Assembly (NCBI GenBank): GCA_963748815.1
Contig: CAVVKJ010000010.1
Span: 662,124-726,123 of the forward strand
Length of the DNA: 64,000 bases
Source: an uncultured Gemmatimonadales bacterium
GTDB lineage: Bacteria; Gemmatimonadota; Gemmatimonadetes; Gemmatimonadales; GWC2-71-9
Reading direction: 5' to 3'
The notes below the pieces were generated by a model, which saw only the letters and a program-made list of their open reading frames with translations, did no database searches and had not been told where the DNA came from. Below are positions 17,779 through 29,840 of this stretch, in pieces. The position numbers were made by a program, and so were the translations under genes. The first letter of the stretch is position 1, and each line of letters starts with the position of its first letter.

Positions 17779-18189
17779 ATGAACAACCTCGTCGTGGCAC
17801 GCTACCTGGACGGGACGATCCTCAAGGGAACCAGCCTGGATGTGGACCCGACGAAGCCGGCGTTCCACCTGCGACCCCCGGAGGGCGTCACCGCCGAGGT
17901 CAAGCTGAAGGACCTCAAGGCGCTCTTCTTCGTGCGCTCCCTCGAGGGCGACATGGCCCGCCACGAAACCCGTACCCTCGACCCCGGAGATCCGCGAACG
18001 CATGGCTCCACCGCCGTGTCCCTGCAGTTTCCCGATGGCGAGGTCATGGTCGGCCTCACCAACCGCTTCCCGCCCAACCGCCCGTTCTTTTTCGTGGTAC
18101 CGGTCGATAAGGAGAGCAACAACATCCGGGTGCTGGTCAATCGCAGCGCCGTGAAAAAGATCGAGCCGCTGGGCAGCGGCTCGATGTAG
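17779..18189 (+). CDS. hypothetical protein
   Basis: 136-aa ORF with balanced, non-junk composition and an ATG start in an intergenic slot. No family recognised. Confidence 0.55.
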   Translation: MNNLVVARYLDGTILKGTSLDVDPTKPAFHLRPPEGVTAEVKLKDLKALFFVRSLEGDMARHETRTLDPGDPRTHGSTAVSLQFPDGEVMVGLTNRFPPNRPFFFVVPVDKESNNIRVLVNRSAVKKIEPLGSGSM

Positions 18190-18208
18190 CAAGGGCCTGG
18201 CGCGCAGC

Positions 18209-18787
18209 CTACTTCGGGCCGATGGCTCCCGCCGCCGGCCAGTCGGAGTCGCCCACGCGAAGGAGGTTGCTCTCGTAAAACCGCACCGGATCCTTGCCAG
18301 GCGCCAGTCGGTCGCCGACCTCGTTCCACTTGCCGTCCTTGACGACCGCGGTGTAACGGATGGTCATCGGACCCGCCGGGATCTCCCAGACGAAGCCATC
18401 GGGCGTCGGCGTAAGGGTGAAGTCGCCGACGCTCCCTTGTGCGTATGAGCGCATCGTGTAGGCCTTCGTTGCCGGGTTAAAGGAGATCGTCGCGAACGCA
18501 TTGAACGCGAGCGTGCCGTCCGCCTCATAACCCCGCCCCTCCACTACCTTCACCGCCCCATCGAGGAAGGGTCCCACCCGCTCCGTCTGCGCCAGCGTGT
18601 GCCGCTGTCCGGACTGGTCAATCGTCCACGCCGTGCCGCGCCATACCCCGTCCATGAAGGCCAGCGGCGCCATGGCCTGCCGCTCAGCCGCCAGAAGCAC
18701 GCCGGGGTCCGGGCGCCCCTGTGCCCCCGCCTCGCTGGTGCCAACCACCATCAGGACGACCGCCGCAATCCGTCGAACAGGCCACAT
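18209..18787 (-). CDS. secreted protein, DUF1579-like
   Basis: Internal ATG gives MWPVRRIAAVVLMVVGTSEAGAQ (signal peptide). The FMDGVWRG..W pattern is reminiscent of DUF1579. Confidence 0.6.
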   Translation of the reverse strand: MWPVRRIAAVVLMVVGTSEAGAQGRPDPGVLLAAERQAMAPLAFMDGVWRGTAWTIDQSGQRHTLAQTERVGPFLDGAVKVVEGRGYEADGTLAFNAFATISFNPATKAYTMRSYAQGSVGDFTLTPTPDGFVWEIPAGPMTIRYTAVVKDGKWNEVGDRLAPGKDPVRFYESNLLRVGDSDWPAAGAIGPK

Positions 18788-18893
18788 CGTCTGCTCCGTG
18801 AGTGGGGAATTCGAGTGCGCCCCACCCAAGCCTGGTGTGGCGCGACCACCAAGCTAGTCCGGTCCGTCGACGCCGGCTTGAAGAAATGCGACA

Positions 18894-19688
18894 TCAGGGC
18901 CGGACACCCCCATGTCCAATGTTCCGGACCCGCTCAGCCACTTCGACGGGGGTCAATCCCGAGAGGGCGCTGAATTCCCGGATCAGGTGGGCCTGATCGG
19001 CAAAACCGAGCTCGGCCGCGACGGCGGACCAGCTCATCGGCGATTCCGACACCAGGTGCTGCAGCGCACTGCGGAGTCGGCGCACCCGGGCGAACTGCTT
19101 GGGGGAAAGTCCCACGGCGTCGCTGAACCGGCGCTGCAACTGCCGGGGACTGCGGTGGACCGCCGCGGCGAGTTCGCCAAGCGGCGCCTCGCCACGCGCC
19201 GCCACGATGGCCACCACGGCGACCCGAACCAGCGTGTCGATCGGCGGACACCGCCGCAGCATTTCGTCGAGCGCATCCCCCCACGCCAACCCAGAAGCCT
19301 CCGCGTCCCGACAGGTGCCTTGCGCGGACGCGAGCTCGAGCGCCACCGCGCCGAGCGTCCCGGCGGCCGGTTCGATGACGTCCCTCAACCCACGTGCCGG
19401 TCGCCGGACCATCCGTGGCCCCATGTCGGGCCAGAAACGAACGCCCCAGAACTGATCCCCCGGCAGGACGGGAATCCAGAGGGGTGACAATCGTGGGCCT
19501 TGCAGCGTGAGCTGCGTCGACCCATCGGCGCGCCGGCTTGCGATCAGGCTGACGCATCCATCCGGGATCACCTGGTGGAGATGCCCGGGCGCCACGTCGT
19601 GGACCATGGCCCCCCAGTAGGAAGCCACATGTTGACTGAACCGCGGCTGCGGATCGAATTCGTGATAAACGATCGACGGCGGGTGCAC
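18894..19688 (-). CDS. AraC family transcriptional regulator
   Basis: C-terminal HTH region reads LAAAVHRSPRQLQRRFSDAVGLSPKQFARVRRLRSA and GFADQAHLIREFSALSGLTP. GTG at 19688 was chosen as the start. The upstream ORF part is junk. Confidence 0.8.
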   Translation of the reverse strand: MHPPSIVYHEFDPQPRFSQHVASYWGAMVHDVAPGHLHQVIPDGCVSLIASRRADGSTQLTLQGPRLSPLWIPVLPGDQFWGVRFWPDMGPRMVRRPARGLRDVIEPAAGTLGAVALELASAQGTCRDAEASGLAWGDALDEMLRRCPPIDTLVRVAVVAIVAARGEAPLGELAAAVHRSPRQLQRRFSDAVGLSPKQFARVRRLRSALQHLVSESPMSWSAVAAELGFADQAHLIREFSALSGLTPVEVAERVRNIGHGGVRP

Positions 19689-19713
19689 TAGGCGACCCCT
19701 CCCCGCAGCGAGA

Positions 19714-20547
19714 TCACTCCGCTGCTTCCCGCTGCTGCTGGTTGAGCCCGCGTTCGGCCTCGGCTCGCTCCCGGATCTCCTTGATCTGTTCCCGCTGATC
19801 TGCGGCCGCCGCCGCGCGCGGCAGCGCCAGCTGGTAGTCCTGCACCCGCATCCGGCCCTGGACGTCCAGCGCTTTGGATTCGTTGCCACCGTTCGGAAAT
19901 GGAATCAGCGCCAGCACGAGGCTGGGAATCCTGACGCCAGCGACGGTGATCCACTGGCCATCGAGTCCATACTCCCGCCCCCCGATGGTGGCCTTCCAGG
20001 ACGGTGGCAGCACTCGCCCACCGCCGGGCAACGCCGCCAATGAATCGAGATAGTGGTTGAGGATCGCCTTGACCGCGCTGTCGGTGAGCTCGGCGTGGGT
20101 ACGCGGCGCACCGGGCCCAGCCGGCGCGGATCGGTCCCACAACAATCCCGTGCCGAGCGAGCGCCAAGGGAACAGGGAGCGCGGGTCCGTCACCGCCCAG
20201 GCCGGGGCGGAGTCATTCGGCGCGCCACCCACCGGCGTTGGAGCGACGAAGAAACGATCATCGACGGCGGGAGTCGGTACCGGGATGGGTGTGGGGCGAT
20301 CGCGCGGGAGCGAAGGAACGGTGGCGGGCGGAGGCAGGAGGGCCACGAGCACTTCGCGGGGCGGCACTTCCTGCCGCTGGGTAAGCGACCGCAGGAGGTG
20401 CCGCTCCGCAAACCGGGCGGCGGGGTTGAACAAGGAGATCAGAACCACGATCGCCGCCAGGTGCAGGGCGACGCTCGTGGCGAGCGCCCACGGGGGCCAC
20501 CGTGGCGGCCGTGGGAGCTGGAGTTCAGGCGGTGTGCCGGCCCCCAT
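19714..20547 (-). CDS. hypothetical membrane-anchored protein
   Basis: One N-terminal TM segment (WALATSVALHLAAIVVLISLF), a Pro-rich linker and a charged C-terminus. Overlaps the upstream stop by 23 nt. Confidence 0.55.
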   Translation of the reverse strand: MGAGTPPELQLPRPPRWPPWALATSVALHLAAIVVLISLFNPAARFAERHLLRSLTQRQEVPPREVLVALLPPPATVPSLPRDRPTPIPVPTPAVDDRFFVAPTPVGGAPNDSAPAWAVTDPRSLFPWRSLGTGLLWDRSAPAGPGAPRTHAELTDSAVKAILNHYLDSLAALPGGGRVLPPSWKATIGGREYGLDGQWITVAGVRIPSLVLALIPFPNGGNESKALDVQGRMRVQDYQLALPRAAAAADQREQIKEIRERAEAERGLNQQQREAAE

Positions 20548-21717
20548 CTTCCTGCACCCCGGCCAGCGCCCGGGTCAGGCGACCGACCGCCTCCGTGAGT
20601 CGTGCCGGCGGGACCACAAGGGCGATCCGGAAATACCCTTCCCCTGCCGGACCGAAGGCGCTCCCGGGCAGCACCATGACCCCCTCGACTTCGAGCGCGT
20701 GCCGGGCAAAGGCCTTCGAGCTGATTCCCCCCGGCAAGGCCACCCAGAGGTACATCGCCGCCTTGGGCACGGCCACGCGGAACCCCGCCGCGCGCAAGGC
20801 CGGCACCGCGGCATCTCGGCGGCGCGCGATCTCCTCGCAGATCGGCGGAATCAGCGCTTCCGCCTGGTCGAGGACCGCCGCCCCCGCCTCCTGCACGGCC
20901 AGGAACGGCCCCGTGTCCTTGTAGGTCTTGGCGCTCGTGAGCGGCGCGATGAGGTTCGATTCCCCGACCGCGAACCCGATCCGCCACCCGGTCATCGAGA
21001 AACTCTTCGAAAGCGAGAAGAACTCGACCGCCACTTCGTGCGCGCCGCGGATCTCGAAGATGCTCGGCGCCCGGTATCCGTCGAAGACGATGTCGCAGTA
21101 CGCGTTGTCGTACGCCAGGACGATCTGATGCTTCCGGCAGAGCGCTACCACCCGCTCGAGATACTCGAGCGGGGCGACGGCCGCCGTCGGATTGTTGGGG
21201 TAGTTGAGGAAGAGCAGCCGGGTGCGGCGCAGGACCTCCTCGGGCACGCTCTCGAGATCGAGCAGGAAATCGTTTTCCTCGCGGAGCGGGACGACATGCG
21301 CCTCCGCCCCGGAAAGGACCGTCCCGCCGAGGTAGGCCTGGTAGCCCGGCTCCGGCATGACGGCGACGTCGCCCACGTTCAGGAACGCGAAGGGCATGTG
21401 CGCCAGCCCCTCCTTCGACCCGATCAGCGGCAGCAACTCGGTGGACGGGTCGAAGCGCTTCCCGAACCGCCGGTGCACGTAGTCGCTGGCCGCCCGGCGG
21501 AACTCCGGATGTCCCTGCTGGAATCCGTACTTGCTGTTGGCCGGGTTGTCGATGGCGCGCTTGAGGGCGTCCACCGCCACCTGCGGCGGCGGCGTGTCGT
21601 TGTCGCCCGCGGCGACATCGATGATGTCCTTGCCGGCGGCCATCAGCCGCCGCTTGATCCCCGGCAGCTCGGCCAGGGGATACCCCGGCAGGGCGAGCAG
21701 CCGGGCGCTTGGTGTGA

Positions 21718-21721
<4 letters not shown>
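20525..21721 (-). CDS. class I PLP aminotransferase (LL-diaminopimelate/aspartate aminotransferase-like)
   Basis: Internal ATG at 21721 gives MITPSARLL. Contains LNYPNNPT and FSLSKSFSMTGWRIG (PLP Lys). 398 aa. Confidence 0.8.
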
Positions 21722-22340
<619 letters not shown>

Positions 22341-22344
<4 letters not shown>

Positions 22345-24854
22345 TCCAGTACCCCCAGCCCGTGACGGGCAAAGAAATCCTCGCACTTGGTGCGCACCTG
22401 CGCCCACGACCCGATGACCCGCTCCGCCCGCGGGAGCCCCGCCAGCACCAGGGGGCCGTACCGCTTCGTCACCACCCGGCGGTCGAGCAACACCACCACG
22501 CCGACGTCAGTGGTGGAGCGGATCAGCCGCCCGAACCCCTGCTTGAGCTTGAGCGCCGCGTGCGGGAGGAGATAGCCCATGAAGCCGTCCTCCCCCGCCT
22601 CCGCCAGCCGCTCGAGACGCGCCGCGGTGATCGGCTCCGACGGCACCTTGAACGGCAACTTGCACAGCACTAATCCTCGCAGCGCACGCCCCGGCACGTC
22701 CACCCCCTCCCAGAAGGAGTCGGTGCCGAGGAGGATCGCGTTCCCCGCGTCGCGGAACCGGCGGAGCAGCGTGTCCCGGCTGCTCTCCCCCTGTACCAGC
22801 AGCGGCCACCGGGGGTCGAGCATCGTCCGCAGCTGCTGCGCCGCCCGCCGCAGGGCGGCGTGGCTCGTGAACAGGACGAACAACCCCCCGTCGGCGGCGT
22901 GCGCCAGGTCGGTCACCGCCTGCGCGAGGGCGGCGTCGTGCGCCGCCTCGTCCTCCCGCGGGTCGGGGAAATCGTCGGGGATGCCGAAGAGGCATTGCGA
23001 GGGGTAGTCGAAGGGAGACGAGAACACTTCGCGGGTGGTCACCGGGCTCGGCGAGACCGCGAGCCCCAGCCGCCGCTCGAGGAACTCGAACTCGCCACCC
23101 GCCGCCAGCGTCGCGCTGGTGAGGACGACCGTCTTCAACCGCTCGAACAGCAGCTCCCGGAGCACCGGCGCGAGATCGAGCGGCACCGCCGAAAGCTGGG
23201 TGTGCTGCCGCTTGGCGCCGGAACGTTCGATCCAGCGGACGGTGGCGGCGCCACCGGCCGCGGGGCGGAGCGTCCGGTTGAGGCCGTCGGACACGTTGTT
23301 CAGGCGGCGGACGACCGCGCGCATTTCCTGCAGCAGCTGGTCGCCCCGTTCGGTCGACTCCACCTGGGCCAGGCGGTCCTCCACCGTTTCCACCTGGTTC
23401 TTGATCTGGTCGAAGCTCGACAGGAGCGCGTCCAGCTCCATCCGGAGCCCCTCCTCCCAGACCTCGTCCTTCTCAAACTCGTCGGTGAGACGGCGCTGGC
23501 CGCCACCCGCCGCCTCCGCCATCCCGTGCAGGCGAAGGAAGAGCTGCTCCGCGGCGCGGCGCGCGTCGCCGATGGCCGGCATCAGCCGCTCGCGCACCAG
23601 GTCGAGGCTGGCCCGGCTCAGCAGGTCGCCGCGCCCCGAGAGCTCCATGACCAGCGACGGCACCAATCCCTTGCGGTTCCGCTCGAACCGGCCGAGCAGG
23701 CGCTGGACGCCGCGGCTCGTGACCTGCGTCCCGAGGTGGGACGCCGCGACATCTTCGAGGTGGTGGGCCTCGTCGAGGATGAGCCGCTGGTAGGGCGGGA
23801 GCACCGCCGCCTCTTCCCAGTTGTCCGACGCCTGCCGGACGGCAAGGTCGGCGGCCAGGAGGTGGTGATTCACCACCACCACGTCGGCCTCGGCCGCGCG
23901 CCGCCGCGCCTTGAAGAGGAAGCACTGGTCGAAGAAGCCGCACTTCACACGGGTGCACAGATCGGCCTCGGCCGAGATCTCGTCCCACACTTCGCTGGTC
24001 GGCTGCACCGGCAGGTCGCTCAGCGTCCCGTCCGCGGTGCGCGACGCCCATTCCGCGAGGCTCACCAGCTCGTCCTGCTTGTCCGGCTCGAGCAGGCTCT
24101 GCTGCGCCCCCGTGGCGTGCTGCAGCCGGGAGAGGCACAGATAGTTCCGCCAGCCCTTCAGCAGCGCAAACTTCGGCGCCCAGCCCTCCTCCGCCAGCGC
24201 TTCCCGGAGCATCGGCAGGTCCTTGCCGACCAGCTGCTCCTGGAGGTTGATCGTGTTGGTGCTGATGACCGTGCGCTCGTTGTTGGCCCGCGACCAGGCC
24301 AGCGCCGGCACCAGGTAGGCGAACGACTTCCCGACCCCGGTGCCCGCCTCCAGGACGAGGACGCCGCCGTCGTTGTAGCCGTCGGCAATGAAGGCCGCCA
24401 TGTCGCGCTGGCTCTGCCGATCCTCGTACTGGCCCAGCACCCGGGCGACGGGCCCGTGCTCACCCAGCGTTTCCACCACGGCGTAGGGATCGAGCCGCTG
24501 GAGCTTCTGTGCGTGCGGGACTTCGACGACGACGTACAGCCGCTCGCCGGCGTTATCGATGATGCCGAAGCCCACCCCCTCATCGTGCAGCCGGGCTGCC
24601 ACGGCCAGGTCGGGCTCGGAGGGCTCGAGGTTGCCGCTGGGATGGTTGTGGAGCAGCATCTGGCCGCGGCGGGCGGCCCCGGGGAGGGCGAGCACCATCT
24701 GGACCGTACCGCGGGCGACCGCGCGCGCCGCGGTGACTACCCCCTCCTCGTCCACGTCGGCGACGAACGACACCTCGCGACCGCCGGCCGCGCGAATCTC
24801 GCCGGCCAGCAGGGTGCGCACGGCCACGGCGATGCGAACCACGGAAACGGTCAC
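22341..24854 (-). CDS. RadC/JAB(MPN)-like N-domain fused to a DinG-type Fe-S DNA helicase
   Basis: The N-terminus carries LLHNHPSGNLEPSEPD (JAMM-like). The helicase part has EAGTGVGKSFAY (Walker A), LILDEAHHLED (DEAH), and Cys spaced C..C-x4-C-x5-C as in E. coli DinG (C120/C194/C199/C205). One continuous 837-aa ORF. Confidence 0.8.
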
Positions 24855-26821
24855 GGGGCCGGCGCGGGATCGATAAGAATGAAGGGTGCGTCGTCCTCGC
24901 CCATGGCGCGGAACCAGGCGATCAGCGCGTCGATGCTGTCAGGCGGGAAGATGCCCCGCGTGCCGATCATCCGGCGGGTGATTTCCAGCGTCCCGTCGAC
25001 AAAAGCGTAGGTGCCCCAATACTCGCCAAACACGCTGGCCGCGTGCACCGAAGGCGGCAATTGGGGGCGCCATCCGGCCGGCAGGACGATGCGCACCTTG
25101 ACGACGTCCTCCTCGGGGCCGAAGACGCGGGCGGCGTCGATCGGGAAGCGGCGCACCGGCAGCTGCTCCAGCGCATCCGCCGCGTCGGTGAACGCCGCCA
25201 CGGTTCCCACGGGGTTCTCGAGGATCCAGTTGCTGCCGGAACGGCGCAGCGCCTTGCCGTCCTGCACGGAGAGCGAGACCCGCACCGGCGCGGCCAGGTC
25301 CAGCCCCTGGAACGTCTCCAGGCTGTCTCCCCGGGCGCCGGTAAACCACCCCTGCGCGATCTTGCGCGCGAAGTTGGCCCGGCCGGCCGAATCCATGGGT
25401 GACTCGAACAATTCCCGCAGCTCCCACTCCCGCGACCCGGTCATCTCCTCGCTGTACGCCCCGTTGAACTTGCCGGCCGGATCGAGCCGGCCGGACAACT
25501 GGATGAGCGACAGGCGCTCGGCGGGCGTCTCCTCCGGAAAGGTGAGTTCCTCCACCGCGCCCGCGGCGGGCACCCCGAGGCCGAACTCCCCCTGCAGCTG
25601 CGGCGGCAGGACGCCGAGCGGCAGCAGCGCCACCGTCAGGTCGGCGTAGACCCGGCCCTCGGGAAGCGTGACGTACGCGATGGCATGGTCGAACTGGTCC
25701 ATCGAAGGGAGGCCCCGTTGGACGCCCCCGTCGCTGCTGGTGAGGACGGTGACGGCGTTGAATCCCAGCGACCGGAGCGCGGCCACGAACAGCGTCGCCT
25801 TGTCCTTGCAGTCGCCGAAGCCGCTGGCCACCACCTCGGCGGGCGGGCGGGGCTGGTAGCCGCTGATGCCGAGGGAAATCGACACGTACCGAATATCCTG
25901 CGCCACCCAGCGCTGAATCGCCGCCGCCGTGTCGCGCGCCGTGGTGGCGTCCGTCACCAGCGACCGGACCTGGCGCACCAGCTCGGGCGAGAGGGCGTAC
26001 CGGTCCTCCGCCAGTGTTCCGTACCACCGGCCGATGTCACCCCAGGTCAGCGGCGACGAGGCCGCCACCCACATGTAGATGTCGTTCGAATCGGCCGCGT
26101 AGGCCTCGGGCTTGATGCGCGGGAGATCTTCCGTGGCCCAGGTCATCACCTGGCGGCCGTTGGACCGCTCCGTCAGGCGCGGAAAGTTGAGGTTCCGTTC
26201 CTCGATCCGGAGCCGTTCCCCCTCCGGCGCGTCGATGATGAGCCGGGACCGCTTCACCATGAGTCCGGTGCTGACCCCCCACCACTGGTAGAAGTCACCC
26301 GGCACCCACGCCTTCGTCTTGACGGTCGTGTAGCTGTAGTCCACGATGGTGCCCACCGCCACGCCGCTCATCGAGACGCGCACCACCTTGCGATTGGCGT
26401 ACACCGGGGCGCCCATCGCCGCGGGGACGTCGCTCTCCTGCTGCTGCGCGGGGCCGGCGCTGAGGACGGTGCCGTCGGGCTGGACCACGCGAATCCAGTT
26501 GAGGGTGAACTCCTCGTTGTCCGGCGACCAGGAGAAGGAATGCTCCGCGAGCCCCTCGACCGCGGCCTGCTTCAGGACCTGGACCACCTGTCGAAAGGTC
26601 CGCCGCTCGCGACCGTCGGCCTCGACGACGATGACACCGTCGTCGAGCAGGAAGGCGGCGGACTCCTCGGGAAAGTCGGCGGGATCGACGGCGAGCCGGT
26701 AAATCGAGTCGGAACGCACCGAGGGATCGCCGGCGGGGGTGATGCGGGGCGCCTGCGCCGACGCGCCTCCCGGCAGGAGCAGGATTCCGACGACGATCCA
26801 GCGGAGTCGCTTCAGGCTCAC
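24851..26821 (-). CDS. secreted DUF3857 plus transglutaminase-like domain protein
   Basis: Signal peptide is MSLKRLRWIVVGILLLPGGASAQ. The transglutaminase core reads SGFGDCKDKATLFVAALRSLG..DHAIAYV (Cys-His). Confidence 0.75.
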   Translation of the reverse strand: MSLKRLRWIVVGILLLPGGASAQAPRITPAGDPSVRSDSIYRLAVDPADFPEESAAFLLDDGVIVVEADGRERRTFRQVVQVLKQAAVEGLAEHSFSWSPDNEEFTLNWIRVVQPDGTVLSAGPAQQQESDVPAAMGAPVYANRKVVRVSMSGVAVGTIVDYSYTTVKTKAWVPGDFYQWWGVSTGLMVKRSRLIIDAPEGERLRIEERNLNFPRLTERSNGRQVMTWATEDLPRIKPEAYAADSNDIYMWVAASSPLTWGDIGRWYGTLAEDRYALSPELVRQVRSLVTDATTARDTAAAIQRWVAQDIRYVSISLGISGYQPRPPAEVVASGFGDCKDKATLFVAALRSLGFNAVTVLTSSDGGVQRGLPSMDQFDHAIAYVTLPEGRVYADLTVALLPLGVLPPQLQGEFGLGVPAAGAVEELTFPEETPAERLSLIQLSGRLDPAGKFNGAYSEEMTGSREWELRELFESPMDSAGRANFARKIAQGWFTGARGDSLETFQGLDLAAPVRVSLSVQDGKALRRSGSNWILENPVGTVAAFTDAADALEQLPVRRFPIDAARVFGPEEDVVKVRIVLPAGWRPQLPPSVHAASVFGEYWGTYAFVDGTLEITRRMIGTRGIFPPDSIDALIAWFRAMGEDDAPFILIDPAPAP

Positions 26822-28116
26822 GTCTTCAGTTCCTTCTTCTTGGCCGCGGGGAAGAGCACGTTGTTCAGGATCAGGCGGTACCCGGGTGAATGCGGATGCA
26901 TCGACAAGTCGGTCGGGGCGTCACCGATCTGGTGCTGGGGGTCTTCCGGGTCGTGCCCCCCGTAAAAGGTCCAGGTGCCCTGCCCGTGCTCCCCATGAAG
27001 ATACTTGGCCCACGGCGCTCCCGGCTCGTCGGCCAGGACGGTGACCCCCGGCTTGATCCGGCTCTTCCGGAACGAGGTCGTGAGTCCGTAGAAATCGGGG
27101 ATCGACTCCCGGTGATTCTGGACGAGCATCGTCGCCACCGGGTCGATCTTCGCGCTGAAGCCGAACGACCGGAAGCTCCCCAATTCCTGCCGCCGGCTGA
27201 GCGCGTTGACCTCGTGGCCGTCGATGTCGGAGAACTGCGACACGGTCGGGCTCAACTCGAGGCGCGCGTCCTGGAAGGCGAGGGCGCGGCTCCAGTCCAT
27301 CTTGGCGGTGGCGTTGGGGTCCATCGGCGTCTGGTCGGCGTACGCCGCCGCGATGTCCACCCCCGCGCCGGCCAGCGCAAGGTCGAGCGTCTCGGTCGCG
27401 GCGCACATCGCGAAGAGGAACCCCCCCTGCTGGACGTAGGCCGCGATCGCTTCCGCGACAGCGCGCTTCTCCGCCGGGACGTTGGGAAAGCCGAACGCCC
27501 GCGCCATCGCGGTGTTGCGCTCGACCATCTCGGTCAGCCAGGGCGCGCCCGCGTACGTGAGGTAGAACTTGGAGTACTGCCCCGTGAAGTCCTCGTGGTG
27601 CAGGTGAAGCCAGTCATACCGCGCGAGCCCCGTCCCGCCTGGCGCCAGGACCTCGGGATCCCAGACCTTGTCGAAGTTGATGCCGGCATACCGCAGCACC
27701 ATGGTGACCGCGTCGTCCCACGGCGCGGCATTGGGCGGGGCGTACACGGCGACCTTGGGCGCCTTTTCCAGCGGCACCGCCTCCATGTTGCCCAGCTGGA
27801 GCTCGGCGCGGATGCCGAGGAGGGCACTCTCATCCAGCGGTTCGGTGGTCACTCCGGCCAGCGCGGCATCGCGCGCCGTGACGGGATCGGACGGGACCAG
27901 GAAGGCGCCGCTCCGATAGTTGAGGAACCATTCCGCCCGACCACCTCGCTCGAGGAGCCGGAAGACGACCCCGTACGCCTTGAGATGGTCGCTCTGGGTG
28001 TCGTCCATCGGAATGAGCAGCCAGGGCGCGCGCCACACCGACCGCGGCGGCCACGCGAAGAAGGGGGCCGCCGCGAGGACGCCACCGGCGCTCCGGAGAA
28101 ACTCCCGGCGTCGCAT
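26818..28116 (-). CDS. Tat-signal protein of unknown function (possibly class I glutamine-amidotransferase-like fold)
   Basis: Internal ATG at 28116 gives MRRREFLRSAGGVLAAAP (twin-arginine signal). The LLIPMDDTQSDHLKAYG family is often mis-named in annotations. The fold assignment is from memory only. Confidence 0.65.
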   Translation of the reverse strand: MRRREFLRSAGGVLAAAPFFAWPPRSVWRAPWLLIPMDDTQSDHLKAYGVVFRLLERGGRAEWFLNYRSGAFLVPSDPVTARDAALAGVTTEPLDESALLGIRAELQLGNMEAVPLEKAPKVAVYAPPNAAPWDDAVTMVLRYAGINFDKVWDPEVLAPGGTGLARYDWLHLHHEDFTGQYSKFYLTYAGAPWLTEMVERNTAMARAFGFPNVPAEKRAVAEAIAAYVQQGGFLFAMCAATETLDLALAGAGVDIAAAYADQTPMDPNATAKMDWSRALAFQDARLELSPTVSQFSDIDGHEVNALSRRQELGSFRSFGFSAKIDPVATMLVQNHRESIPDFYGLTTSFRKSRIKPGVTVLADEPGAPWAKYLHGEHGQGTWTFYGGHDPEDPQHQIGDAPTDLSMHPHSPGYRLILNNVLFPAAKKKELKT

Positions 28117-29840
28117 CAGCTCTCCGGAATCCCGCCGCGCGCGGCGTCGAGCACCCGCCGGGCCTGCGGCACGGCGGCGCTCCCGGGGTACGCGAGGATC
28201 AGGTGCTCGAGGTGGTCCACCGCCTCGGCGGCTCGATTGAGCGAGAGGAGCAGGCGCGCGAGCGCCAGTTCCGCGGCAGGCGCGGTGGCAGGCGCCGAGG
28301 AGTCGGCCGCCGAGCGGAGTAGTCGTTCCCCCTCGACGGGGCGTCCACGCGCCACTTCGACCTGCCCGGCCAGGAGGCGAAGTTCCGCCCCGCCTGCGGC
28401 GGGGGCGAGCCCCTCCGCCACCGCGAGCAGGCCGGTGACCGCCGCGGCCGAATCGCCGCGCGCCAGCGCCAGGAGCGACGCGCCGAGCGGCGGCAGGGAA
28501 TCTTCCTCGATCGGCTGGATGAGCGCGAGCATCGCCGTGCGGGCGGTCGCCTCCTCGCGCGTCCCGGCAAACGGCCCGGCGGCACGGAGCGCGGTCGACG
28601 CCCCCGCGAGGTCGCCACGATAGAGGCGGATCCGCCCGAGCACGGCCATCGCCTCCACCGTGCTGTCGGATGCCAGGACCGCCGCCGCACGGTCCAGGTT
28701 TCCCTGTTGAATCCACCCCTCGGCCACCTGCAGCGTGAGTCGGTCGGCGTTCTCCTGCCCAAGGTGGGTCCGCAGTTCGTCGAGCTGGCGCTGGGCCTCC
28801 GCCACCTGCCCCTCGCGCAGGAGCACCGTCACCAGCGTCGCCGTTGCCCCGGCCGCCATGTCCGGCGGCGTGCTCCCGTCCGCCGCCAGCGCCACGAGCA
28901 TCCGCCGCGCAGACGCGGCGTTGCCCGCGTCGGCATAGGCGCGGGCCGCCTCGAGCCGCATCCGCGACGCGGCGCTGCCACTGCTCCGGTCGGCGATCTG
29001 TTCGAGCGCCTCGCCCCGCACCTCGGCGGCTTCCGTCCCCTCGACGGTGCGCGCCGCATCGAGGAACTGCCGCAGGGCCTCGACCGTCTCGGTCTTCGCC
29101 TCTGGCAGGCTGCTCATCAGGAGCGCATAGGCGGCTGCGGGAGCACCCCACTGGACCTCGAGCTCCGCGCCGAGGCGGCGCGCGGCCGGGGTGCCGCGAG
29201 AGAGCTGGCGGACGATCCTGTCCCGATCGGCGACTGGCGCGCGCGCCAGCGCGTTCCGCGCCGTCAGTCGATATCCGGGATACCGGTCCATCGCGAGCGC
29301 CCACTCCCGGGCCGCTTCGTCCCAGTTGTTCTGGGCGGCGGCGAGCAAGGCCATTTCCCCGGCAAGCGCAGCTGGATCGCCCAGCCGCTCCCGTCCCGTG
29401 AGGTAGGCGCGGCGGGCGCCACTCCCGTCCCGCTGGCCGAGGAGAGTGTTGCCCCAGTCGCGATAGGGGGCCTCGCTCCCCGGCTCGACCACGGCCCAGC
29501 GCCTGGCGACCGCGCCCACGCTGTCGGGCCGGTTGGCAGCGGCCCAGCCTCGCATGGCGACGGAGTATCCAGCGATGATGGACGGGTTGCGGGTCAGCAA
29601 CGCCTCGGCAGGCAGCGCCAGTTCAGCGTCGCGCCGCAACGGCCCCAGCGACCGCTCGAGTCCCAGCAGCGCCGAGAGGTTGTCCGGATACTCGCGAAGG
29701 ACGCGCAGGTAGGCGTCTGCCGCGCCGGAGAAATCGCTCCGACGCTCCAGTTCATAGGCGCGCGTCATCAACTCGGTCTGTCCGGCGAGCTGGCCAGACA
29801 TTCCGAGGAGCAGCAGCAGCGGCAGGAGCGCGCGCCTCAT
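28116..29840 (-). CDS. secreted TPR-repeat protein
   Basis: Signal peptide is MRRALLPLLLLLGMSGQLAGQ. The rest is a repetitive Ala/Leu/Arg helical-repeat pattern over 574 aa. Confidence 0.7.
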   Translation of the reverse strand: MRRALLPLLLLLGMSGQLAGQTELMTRAYELERRSDFSGAADAYLRVLREYPDNLSALLGLERSLGPLRRDAELALPAEALLTRNPSIIAGYSVAMRGWAAANRPDSVGAVARRWAVVEPGSEAPYRDWGNTLLGQRDGSGARRAYLTGRERLGDPAALAGEMALLAAAQNNWDEAAREWALAMDRYPGYRLTARNALARAPVADRDRIVRQLSRGTPAARRLGAELEVQWGAPAAAYALLMSSLPEAKTETVEALRQFLDAARTVEGTEAAEVRGEALEQIADRSSGSAASRMRLEAARAYADAGNAASARRMLVALAADGSTPPDMAAGATATLVTVLLREGQVAEAQRQLDELRTHLGQENADRLTLQVAEGWIQQGNLDRAAAVLASDSTVEAMAVLGRIRLYRGDLAGASTALRAAGPFAGTREEATARTAMLALIQPIEEDSLPPLGASLLALARGDSAAAVTGLLAVAEGLAPAAGGAELRLLAGQVEVARGRPVEGERLLRSAADSSAPATAPAAELALARLLLSLNRAAEAVDHLEHLILAYPGSAAVPQARRVLDAARGGIPES